Part shown: positions 1-10,678 of the stretch, piece after piece
Layout of the letters: every line of letters starts with the position of its first letter
How positions within the stretch are numbered: the stretch's first letter is position 1
From: Octopus sinensis
Lineage: Eukaryota
DNA: 64,000 nucleotides
NCBI RefSeq assembly: GCF_006345805.1
Contig: NC_043003.1
Span: 37,696,001 to 37,760,000 of the forward strand
Direction of reading: 5' to 3'
Notes under the pieces: model-generated
The model's input: only the letters and a program-made list of their open reading frames with translations
What the model was told of the DNA's origin: nothing
Database searches by the model: none
Program-made: the position numbers and the translations under genes

Positions 1-145
1 CATTCTATGGAGTGGTTGGCATTAGGAAGGGCATCCGGCCATAGAAACCAATCAAAAACAGATTATGGAGCCAGGTGCAGCTCTCCAGCTCCAGTCAAAC
101 CATCTAACACATGCCAGCATGGAAAATGGTCGTTAAATGATGATG
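1..145 (+). mobile_element. Family B repeat (RTE-LINE 3' UTR/tail-derived), partial
   Basis: ggagtggttggcattaggaagggcatcc...catgccagcatggaaaatgg ending in (gat)n; same motif recurs many times in the window. Confidence 0.75.
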
Positions 146-227
146 AAATACTCCCCCTCACTTAGTTGTGGGAGCTTTCTCCCCTTTTCCTTGTTCTTTC
201 TGCCACAAGTTACTTGGCAACTTCACA

Positions 228-405
228 AGTGCTGGTGGCTTAGAAAGAAAGCTCCCAGCTGTAGAAACCATGCCAAAAGACGACACTGCAACTTGGTAGC
301 CCTGTGTCTTGGTCACTTGTCATTGCCTCTGTGGAACACAACATGAAATCATTCAATCCATGCCAGCATGGAAAATGGACATTAAATGATGATGATAACG
401 ATGAT
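228..405 (+). mobile_element. Family B repeat, degenerate
   Basis: cccagctgtagaaaccatgcc...ccatgccagcatggaaaatggacattaaat(gat)n. Confidence 0.65.
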
Positions 406-411
406 GTTATA

Positions 412-902
412 CAAGCTGTATAGCCTGGCTTTGCTCGGAATTAAGTTAGGATTATTAATTTAATCAAGCTCTTTATTTCAAACCAAACTAAATAACATTG
501 ACGTCAAATTTGAGTGATATCAATTGGAATTGGTAAACTTTTGGCTGAAAATGAGTTGCATACAATTTGATTGGGAAATCCCATAAGGAATCGGTTAATC
601 GATTTTTTTTCCACTCATCATTTTTTGGTTTTTATTTGGGGGAACTTAAAGCATTCAAAAATGCCATGAGTCCTAAATAATGCTGGCATCAAGTTTGAAC
701 AAAGTACATCAAAATTTGTAAAAGTTATGGTTGAAAATGGGGTGTTGCCAATTTTAGTGGGAAATCCTATAAGGAATTGGTTTATCGATTATTTTTTATC
801 CAACCGAACACAACATTGCTGATTCAAAAACATATATATTTATACTTTAAAGTTGGGTTTCACACCCAACCCAGTTCTGCAGAATCACAACTAAGTCTTA
901 AG

Positions 903-934
<32 letters not shown>

Positions 935-1777
935 AATTTAAAAAATCTCTCTCTCTTTACACATACTAACAAAACTTCTCATTCACACTACACTTTCTGT
1001 GTTACACACCCCATGTGTGTGTGAGTATGTGCATATTTGATGGAGGTATGCAACACAGAATGTGTGATGTATGTGAGAAGTTGTTTTGTTAGTGTGTATG
1101 GAGAGAGAGAGAGAGAGCAATAGATAACAGTAACTCATCGCTAGAAGGGGACTTAACTCATCTCTTTTACTCTTACTTGTTTCAGTCATTTGACTGAGGC
1201 CATGCTGGAGCACCGCCTCTAGTCGAGCAAATCGACCCCAGGACTTATTTTTTGTAAGCCTAGTACTTATTCTATCGGTCCCTTTTGCCAAACTGCTAAG
1301 TTACGGGGACGTAAACACACTAGCATCGGTTGTCAAGCGATGTTGGTGGGACAAACACAGACACACAAACACATACATATATATACATATATACAATGGG
1401 CTTCTTTTAGTTTCCGTCTACCAAATCCACTCACAAGGTTTTGGTCGGCCCGAGGCTATAGTAGGAGACACTTGCCCAAGGTGCCACACAGTGGGACTGA
1501 ACCTGGAACCATGTGGTTGATAAGCAAGCTTCTTATCACACAGCTACTCCTGCACCTATATGTTTGCAAATAATAGCGGACTTGAAAATTGTTAGAAGTT
1601 ATGGTTCAAAATTATTTTTACTGCTATTTGCTGGTGCCTCGGGGGAAAAGAATTTTACAAAAATACAGCTAGGGTCGTGATGAATGTCCTCCTAGAATTT
1701 GAGCGACATGCGTGATAATTTGTGGACGTGCATAAATTACATTCACATACACATCCTGCCTTTTATATATACACAGA
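412..1777 (-). mobile_element. Non-autonomous Helitron-like element with nested SINE
   Basis: Minus strand starts A|TC at 1777 (tctgtgtatatataaaaggcagg) and ends in hairpin ccgagc-aaa-gccagg followed by CTTG|T at 412 (CTRR-like); internal direct repeat gggaaatcc(c/t)ataaggaat at ~572 and ~760. Confidence 0.55.
1161..1553 (-). mobile_element. tRNA-derived SINE family A
   Basis: Reverse complement of head gcaggagtagctgtgtg...ggttcagtccc (B-box), central microsatellite, tail gactgaaacaagtaagagtaaaagag. Confidence 0.85.
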
Positions 1778-2377
1778 TATATGAGAGGTACAAATCATCA
1801 AAAGAGGTATACATTAGACAATTTCTGACAAACAATGAAAACTTCAGTGAAAATAAAACAGAATTAATTAAATAAATAAGCAATCAACAAATTGGAAAAA
1901 TAAAAGTGAAAGAAAAGTTAATTACTTAAATTTTATTATTATTTTTAATCAGTTGCCATAATGTGAATAATTAGAATCCTGTTACTGTTTTGGTTCAAAG
2001 GATGATATAATAATAATAATTCCCCAAAGTTAGGATTCTCAAGGTTATAAAACAAGGGACTGCAATGAGAAAAGAAAACTTACAGACAAGAAAATAAAAA
2101 ACCCACAAAAATGGAACAATAGTTAGATATTTGACTTCTACAAGTATTTTGTTGCTGTTGGCTGGAATGTACTGAAAATCACATGTGAAAGAATACAATA
2201 TCAGGAGTGAGTAGATCTTGCTCGTAATGGTGATGATGATGATGATAATGGTGATGATAGTATTTAGATAAAATATATTCACTGGGCCTTAAGCTTTATA
2301 TACAGCAGAGGACCTTTGGGATGTTTATTCTATGTAGCAATGGTTTCAAAAAATGGTATGCAATCTCATTTAAACAG

Positions 2378-2440
<63 letters not shown>

Positions 2441-2598
2441 CGTGTACGTGCGTGCATGCATGAGCATGTATGTTTGTTGTGCTAAAACTCTTAAGCAGTA
2501 ATAACTGGAAAAAGAAAAAAAACTTGTCCAAGCACAAATGCATTAACAGATGATAACAAATGGAAGAAAAGTAGTGAATACTAGAAGAATAATATAAA

Positions 2599-2746
2599 TA
2601 ATTTAATTTGGTCAACTGGAACCAAACTGAGTGAACTTATCAATTTCATCAGATGTAATGTATGCCTAATTAAATGGTTGACTGAGGATTCAGGCATATA
2701 TTATGTATATGTCAATCAGTTGGTTCCAGTTGACCAAATTAAATTA
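2599..2746. repeat. Short inverted-repeat cassette (MITE-like)
   Basis: Arms 2599-2630 and 2716-2746 are complementary except for a 1-nt indel. Confidence 0.8.
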
Positions 2747-3257
2747 CACACACACAGACACACAATAAATGGGTAAATAAAAGCTTTGCCAAAACCAGGA
2801 GAGTTAGAAGCAATAAGCTTCTGGGAAGTTAAGCATTATGACTGTCCTTCTTCTCTCAGTTGACGTTGTTTTGCTTCAATGTTTCTAAGGTCTGTGAGGG
2901 GGAGGATAGATGATTTATGTAAAATCATTTCCTCTCATCTTTAAATTTAAGAGTTTTTATCAATGAAAAAATAAATCTAAATTTTATAAGGAAAAAGCAG
3001 CCTGATTACCAATGATAATTAAAAATTCAGCTTACATATACATACACACATGAATATATATATATATATATATATACACAAATATACATATGTATGTGTG
3101 TGATTATCTATCTATCTATATATATATATATATATATATAGTAGGTACTGCAAATTTAGGGTAAATACTTGATAAGTGTAAGCACCTGTATAGGTGAGAG
3201 CTGAGAGGCTGACATCCTTTATGTTCCGCTTTTGATTTTATTTGATATCTATCTATC

Positions 3258-3315
<58 letters not shown>

Positions 3316-3317
3316 AA

Positions 3318-3460
3318 ATCAGAACAGTTTGATTCAAATTCTGTCCTACTTAAAGTCTCAAAGTCCCCCTATCATCAGGCCAGTGGAAATCCCATGGGAA
3401 ACCCAGTCAGGATACTTTGGAACTTTAAGCAGCATGGAATTTGAATCAAATTGTTCTGAT
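3318..3460. repeat. Short inverted-repeat cassette (MITE-like)
   Basis: 47-bp arms 3318-3364 and 3414-3460 with 7 mismatches. Confidence 0.75.
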
Positions 3461-4974
3461 CCATACATGTAACTCTCAATAAATGTGTTGAGTGCCCTTT
3501 CTCTCGTTTGCCCACTCACTTGTAGACATATATAATCTATTAAAATTGCTAAGACAATGGAAGAATTAATAATGTTTTTGTAATATCTTGTTATAATATC
3601 TGTTCTGAAAGAAATATTTTGCTTTTGATATGAGAAATATCAAGAGAATCCAATCGAAAAGACAGAGGAAGGGAAAAAATATCAACTGCGAATATCTTCT
3701 TTTGGTGTATTCTTTATCTTTATTCATTTTTTTTTAGACATTTTTTTCTCAGTGGTGGCAGGGATTTTGAATGGGTTGTTGTTGGGTTTTTTTCTTACTT
3801 TTTTTTTTTTTTATCAATGCTATGCTAAGATGTTATCATGCATAAATGTGAGAAGGTTTTCTTAGATAGCTAAATTTCATTGTAGAGGACCATTAGAATT
3901 TAGTTGTTGCTATCAATGTATATATATAGGTCTATTTAAAGAAAGAAAGAAAAAACAAAGGAATTACTAGTAATAAAGAAAAGTTAATCCTTTTGTGAAC
4001 CACAAGAGTTCTCAGAGTTACTGAAGCTTATCTCTGATTTTTATTACATAAAGTAGATGAGAGACAAAAGTTCTCATCCACACCCAGGCTGGGAGGCTTG
4101 TCTATAATGAAGACAAGGTAACTTTCCCCAGAAGAGCCTGGTACCTATTCTTCAGGTAGGTAATCTGAGGTAATGTAGAATTAAGTGTCTTGCCCAAAGA
4201 CACAACAAAACTGACTGCAAGAGGGGACATGAACTTCTCGTAATTAATGAGCTAGAAGTCCAATCAGCTAAGCCATTTTGCTTCTACTGTTGAATAATAA
4301 GGCCAGTCGTATCTGTAACTGAATTTATTGATATGATAATATATATAATATCAGTAAATTATATTTTCATAGTATCACTGTCCGGGTATAAAAATAACGG
4401 CAATGCAAGGGTTGGCTAAATTATAGCATACACTTCTGCTTTACATTGCTGCTTATGTTTTCACATCTTTTACTTACACACGGGCAGTGAGACAACTCAG
4501 GATTGAGGTATTTGCTTGGTAAAACACTAGGTTTCCAGTTCAAATCTCAGTAATTTTATCCTGTAATATATTTGCCACCTGACAGACATACTGAATAGTA
4601 ATGTCTATCAGGTGGGTCTTGTTAATAAGATAGGAGCTGACATTTGGATTCGACCACCCCAATTTATTTCACGACCAATATGATTCATTGATATTAGGAA
4701 TCATAAGGAAAATGGTTCATCAATAAAGTTTATGGTTTGTTTATTTGATTTCATGTCTAATAAGATAGGAAATTAACAGACCAGACAGTAATAATGATGG
4801 TAATGATGATGAATCTAAAGTGACAGTAGATTATAAAGCTATTTCCCTTCCAAGAAATAATACAACTGTATACAGCAGTTGCTTTTTGGGTTCCACTCTT
4901 GAATTTCAAACATCTTATACATATATTTCATATCGAGAACAGTAATTAAACAATTTAAGAATAATAAATATATA

Positions 4975-5105
4975 ATAATTCTTTCAAATTTTGGTACAGC
5001 AATTTTGAGGGGGAGAAGTTGAATAGATAAACCCCAGTGCTTAACTGGTACTTATTTTATTGATCTCAACGCAATATTTGAACTCAGAAAATAAAGTCGG
5101 AATAA
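4975..5105 (-). mobile_element. tRNA-derived SINE family C, degenerate
   Basis: accccagtgcttaactggtacttattttattgatc...tttgaactcagaa matches the better copies at 33555-34216. Confidence 0.6.
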
Positions 5106-6011
5106 TAATTATATTTGAAAATTTTCTAAAGTGATGAGAACTGAAATGAGAGAAATTATTTTATAAATTTATAGGAAAGCGAAGTTGCTACTATATAATT
5201 TAAGAACATACTCAAATGTTTATAAGATGCCTAGCTTGACCTATCAACCACTATTTTTGTGCTAGAAAGAAGAAAGTGTTAATGACATCAATATATACTT
5301 ATCTTTGTCTATTGAAACTGAGATTTGTTTTGTTTTGTTTTTCTTTTTTTGGTGGGTGGGGTTTACAGAATTTTAAATGACACACTTACAGATTTTTTAT
5401 CTCATAAAACTAAGTCAGTCTTCTCTAGTGTAGAAATATCAGAGGGTTTATCAGTAAAAGTTTTTAAAATATAACAATACTAAAAATAAACAAAAACAAA
5501 TCAAGGGGATAGATACTAGATTTGATTAGATGAGAGAGAGAAAGAGAGTGTTATGGTATCAATAATTAAGTGTGAGAAGATAGAATGTTGGAAGTAAAAT
5601 AAATGAAGAACAATAAGAGAAATGAAGATTGGTAAATGAGAATGTGAATGGTAAAAGAAGAGAGAGACAGTGGAAATACTTGAGTTGTAAACTTGTAAGA
5701 GATGGCAAAACAAAGAGAGACAAAACAGGAAGATATATAGACTTTAAGGAAACCAGACCAGCTTTCTGAGGGAGAGAGAGAAAGGTGGGGAGAGGAAAAA
5801 GATCTGGGTTTAAATGATTTCATTTTGTGTATGTGAGTGACACTGAAATAGCAGAAAAGCAAGATCATGTGGAATAACTCAGATGAAATTTCATCATTCT
5901 TAATAATAATGTATCCATAAAAAAAAAAAATGAATCTCACACACACACACACATGCATGCATACATACAGACACCCACACATACGTACCATGATAATAAT
6001 GAAAACAATTT

Positions 6012-6083
6012 TTTTGGATATACATTTGATTTCAAGCATTTATGGTTACACATAAATGCTTGAAATCAAATGTATATCCAAAA
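6012..6083. repeat. Perfect 33-bp hairpin with 6-nt loop
   Basis: ttttggatatacatttgatttcaagcatttatg-gttaca-cataaatgcttgaaatcaaatgtatatccaaaa, no mismatches. Confidence 0.95.
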
Positions 6084-6786
6084 CTACAAATAAGTGAAAT
6101 AGATTTACAAGTGATTTTTGAAAATTTTTCCTGTTTTTGTTTTGCGTGGCATGAAGTGTGTGTGTATGTGTGTGTGGGGGTTATAAAGAGAGTATTATTT
6201 TGAAATATCTAAAATATTAACATTGTTCTAGTTACAAGATTAATATTTTTTAAAATTGTTTTTCAAAATCATACCGGCATACAAAGAGGGAGAAAAAAAA
6301 ATTAAATTATGATGAAAATTGTAATAAATAATGTTGGGAAGAAAAGTAATAAAATGTAAATTAAGAGCAAGTTTAAAATTTGCAATGGAAAATAGAGCGG
6401 GGAAAAATTAAATAAAAAAAAAGAATTTAAACTTAAAAAATAAATTAATAAAAATAGTAAAAGCAAATTTGAAATTAATTCATATACAATTGAAAAGTAT
6501 TGCAGTTAGCAGCTGCTGGGAAATCTCTCACTTCATGTGCATGTTGTACACACACACATACATACATATGCACATATATATATATAATATATATATATAT
6601 ATGTATATAAAGTCTAATCACTTTTGTTTGATCTCTTTCAGAATTTACCTTTTGACTTAAAGCAGAGAACAAAAAACAAAAAACAACAACCAAAGATGTG
6701 TGTGTGTGTGTGTGTGTGTGTGAGTGTATATGCATGTATGTATGTGTGTGTGTGTGTATATTTATTTGTTTTAAAGTTTTGCAAGA

Positions 6787-9236
6787 TTATGATACTGATT
6801 TCTTTGGTCGCCAACCATTAACAAAATCAATGATCTTTTTGACTTCCAAAGTATTTAGTTCTGGGAACCCATCTTGCAGTAATTTCCAATCCAGAGAAGC
6901 TAACATTTGTCCATCAATCTGTTCGTTTGCAAATCTTTTCACCACTCTGTCCTTCATGCCAATGTAACGCAGAGAACGAGAAACGTCTTGCACAGAAAGG
7001 CTACTAATATTGTCAGGTGGAAGCCATCCATCGTCATTAAAAACATCTGTGTAGTCTGTATAGCTGAAATCACTCCCTGCCTGATAACCATAGTCACCTT
7101 TTGAACAGAGAGATATAGCTGAGTCGTCACCATGTTTGGCACAGTTGTCACTAAGTCCTGTTACAGACACAGATCGGACAAAATAACGATTGCCTGGATC
7201 ACTCTCGGAGTATGGATTGTGGTTTGGCTGGTTGTTACCAACTTCAAAATAGTCATATGGTTGTTGATATCCTTTGACATCATAATGGTCATGTGGATAA
7301 CATTCTTCAGTCGGGGAACAGCTGGAACCAAATGATGCGGGTCTCATTTCTTGGAAGGAATCAGTAAAATGAAACATTTCTATCGCACTCTTCAGCCGTC
7401 TCATATTGTGGTGCCGTAAAGTTAAATTGGGATCCATTGTGTGAGAGCCGCGCTGAAGTTCTGCAGAATAGTGTGGGCAGTTCATCAGGTTCGGATTCTG
7501 ATGACACTGACAGATTTTCTGGACATTGTTTTGTCTTTGGAAACGACTCCGTGAAGAACTATGTTCTGCTGCAGCAGAATTCCTGCGAGAGCATGGAGTA
7601 GTTGGAGGAGGCTTGTGGGAGATTCGGTTCAGATTGGAAGTTGATACTGATGTTTCATTCAATAACTTTCTATCAAGACTGGCACTATGTTGAAAAGCAG
7701 GTTTGTATCCATTTCTAGGTCTTCCACAGTTAGCATATGTTGTATCTTTGTAAAATTTAGGGATAAAGTTTGGCTGAAACACATCTCGAGATTGTGATAC
7801 CACAATTGGATTTGTCAAGTTATGTTTCTGTGTTTTCTTTCTTTGCAAATGGGAAGGTACCATATAGCCATCTTCTTCATTTTCTACTAAACTCATCACA
7901 TTTTCTTTAGAATTAAAATCAAGTTTTGGTTTTGTGAGGGAGGGGGACTTTGGTGGTGGGTTTGGTGCTTCTGGTAGATGCTCGTACAAAGTGTCAGTTG
8001 AAGACATGGACAATTTGCCATCTTCATCTACTATAGTTCCAGTTTCACTGTCATCTTTATCTAAAGGCACAGGAGGCAAGTCACGTTTCATCATTGATGG
8101 CTTCTTGCAGATTTTGGCATATTGACTCTCAAATGGATCGATCAGAGAAGATTCTGGTGAACATAAAGGGGGACCCGTTGGTGTAATAGTAGATGTTGAA
8201 GACTGTGATGATATTGATCCATCAGCAACATTATTCTCAGGTTCAGACTTGTTCTCAGACTCTTGACAATTATTCTTCTTGGCACATTTATTAGCCTCTT
8301 CTGTATAAGTAGAGTAGAATGCATCAAAAGGCATCTCAGCTTTACATAATCGAGATGAAAATACACCTTCTTCTTGGAGAGCTTTAAATGCTGCTCTTTC
8401 CTTTTTCGTCTTACGAGCACCAAATCTTTCAATGAAACCTGCTGCTTTTGGTTTCTTGGTGTCTTTTGTAGGAACACGAAGTGGTAAATCAACTTTTGGT
8501 TTTTGGTCGGTTTTACTGGAGAAAAATGGTGTTCTATTAAGAGTTTTAGGTGCATAATTTGGAAGAACCAGGCTGCGAGTAGAAAGTTTTCTTACAAGTG
8601 GAGATTTTGGGGCTATATCTCTGATATAACGCAAATCTTCATCTAGAGGAAGTTCAAATGTATCCTTTTGATCAAGGCGTTTTGATGCGACAACACAATC
8701 ATCTTCATCAAGAGTTTTTAATTTTAACACCCCATGTGGTACATAATGTTTCTGATTGGATTCTGCATGTACTAACTGAGCTTTCACAGGAAGATCAAAA
8801 GCTTTTGTTAAATCTTTTAGTTCATAGACAGCATCATAATTCTTCTTATTTGGGTCTCCGACAGGGCTAAATACACCTGTCATAATCAAAGGGATCATAA
8901 CCTCATGACCTTGTCCATCAAAGCACTGAAGATATTTCAAGTCTTGATCTTTCTTTGTATTAATGGTACGGTACTTTAGGAATCTTTTAAATAAGTTTTT
9001 CATGTTAGTAGAAAGACAAGTCTTGCGATGATCCATATAAACCATTCCGGTACTTAGTACTTCACCTGGAAAAATCTCTCTTGGTACCCAGGATACAGAG
9101 CCGTTTTCTTCTCCTAACTCGTATCCAACTGTAGATGTACGCACCAGAAATTTCTTGGGTTTGATGGCAGTGATTCCTTGTATTGAGTCAAAATATTCTA
9201 CAGGTCGTCCATCGTCTGGAATCACTTCGAACCAAC
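6787..9236 (-). CDS. GAREM: Terminal coding exon of a GAREM-like adaptor (CABIT domain C-terminal part, Pro/Tyr-rich linker, SAM domain)
   Basis: 816-codon open exon; acceptor tttttttttag|GT TGG at 9237/9236 (phase 1); begins GWFEVIPDDGRPVEYFDSI (CABIT-like); ends WLPPDNISSLSVQDVSRSLRYIGMKDRVVKRFANEQIDGQML...KKIIDFVNGWRPK, closely resembling the GAREM1 SAM terminus as I recall it; TAA at 6787-6789. Confidence 0.88.
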
Positions 9237-9323
9237 CTAAAAAAAAAAAAATATATATGTACATATAAAATTAACAATAAAACCGATTTGTAAAAATTTC
9301 ATTTGTAAATTTAAAGCTTTTTC

Positions 9324-9369
9324 AATACAACGTTTTGGCTGATATACCTTCCAGCCTTCATCAGGTGTC
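9324..9369 (-). ncRNA. Minimal type-I hammerhead motif, probably inactive (G12A)
   Basis: GACAC-CUGAUGA-A-GGCUG[GAAGGUAUAU]CAGCC-AAAA-CGU-U-GUAUU. Confidence 0.6.
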
Positions 9370-9601
9370 ATGGGGAAGTTTGGAACCTGGGTTCTCATTC
9401 CTAAGGTATTTTTCGCTATCATTATTATTCAAGTCACTGCCTGGAATCGAACTTGGAATCTTGGGGTTAAGATCGAGGGCTACTAACACCAAGGTTCCAA
9501 GTTCGATTCCAAGCAGTGACCTGAATAATAGTAATAATGATGATGATGATAATAGTGAAAAATACCTTAGGAATGAGAACCCAGGTTCGAAATTTCCCCA
9601 A

Positions 9602-9646
9602 GGCACCTGATGAAGGCTGGAGGGTATATCAGCTGAAACGTTTAGC
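9602..9646 (+). ncRNA. Minimal type-I hammerhead motif, stem I 3' strand lost
   Basis: GGCAC-CUGAUGA-A-GGCUG[GAGGGUAUAU]CAGCU-GAAA-CGU-U; palindromic ACGU stem III. Confidence 0.6.
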
Positions 9647-9787
9647 AATAAACAAAATGAATGTAAATAATGTATTTTCCCCATAGTTCTGTTAGTCCAT
9701 TTCAGAGTGTCAGGTGTCTGTGTACACACACACACGCATGTATGCGGGCACAGAAAGAGAGAGCAAGGGAGAGAGAGACATACACAT

Positions 9788-10169
9788 ACTCTTTACTCTC
9801 TTTTACTCTTTTACTTGTTCCAATCATTTGACTGCGGCCATGCTGGAGCACCACCTTTAGTCGAGCAAATTGACCCCAGGACTTATTCTTTGTAAGCCTA
9901 GTACTTATTCTATCGGTGACTTTTGTTGAACCGCTAAGTTACTGGGACATAAACACACCACCATCGGTTGTCAAGCGATGTTGGGGGGACAAACACAAAA
10001 ACACATATATATATACGACGGGCTTCTTTCAGTTTCCCTCTGCCAAATCCACTCACAGAATTTAGTCAGCCCGAGGCTATAGTAGAAGACACTTGCCTAA
10101 GGTGCCATGCAGTGGGACTGAATCCGGAACCATGTGGTTGGTAAGCAAGCTACTTACCACACAGCCACA
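9788..10169 (-). mobile_element. SINE family A
   Basis: Full-length match to 1161-1553 and 56246-56670. Confidence 0.85.
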
Positions 10170-10421
10170 GAGAAGGGAGACATACAGACAAACATTTACT
10201 GTTAGAACCTGAAGCTTCATTCCGTTGCTATTCTGAGCTTCTCACATAGTGATCCTTTGGACAAGAGAACTGGAATAGGAAGAGAATGAAACTCAAGCAC
10301 ATGGATTGCAATACTCTTAATTTCTTTATCAATCATGCTATGCCCCACCACACACACACGTTTTTTGTGAGTGCGTTTCTGTGAGTGTGTGTGTGTGTGC
10401 ACATGAGTGCATATGTGAGCA

Positions 10422-10678
10422 CATGTGTGGCACGTAAAAAGCACCAACCGATCGTGGACGCTGCCAGCATCCACTGGCACCTGTGCCAGTGGCACATAAA
10501 AAGCACCCACTACACTAACGGAGTGGTTGGCGTTAGGAAGGGCATCCAGCTGTAGAAACTCTGCTAGATCAGACTGGAGCCTGGTGCAGCCTCCTGGCTT
10601 TCCAGACCCCGGTCGAACCTTCCAACCCATGCTAGCATGGAACACGGACGTTAAACGATGATGATGATGATGATGTGT
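10422..10678 (+). mobile_element. Family B repeat
   Basis: gtggcacgtaaaaagcacc...gttggcgttaggaagggcatcc...ggacgttaaac(gat)n. Confidence 0.85.

Larger units (their letters stand above)
9324..9672. mobile_element. Fold-back element: tRNA-like head plus hammerhead tail in inverted arms
   Basis: Arms 9329-9464 and 9489-9642 complementary around a 24-nt spacer; B-box gttcgattc; HHR core at both outer ends. Confidence 0.8.

Noticed and set aside
7498-7556. CTGATGA...GAAAC inside the GAREM-like exon (antisense); similar loose hits at ~18042 (Tc1), ~24486, ~57367, ~2645 and ~3372
   Set aside because: No valid stem I/II/III geometry; expected chance matches.
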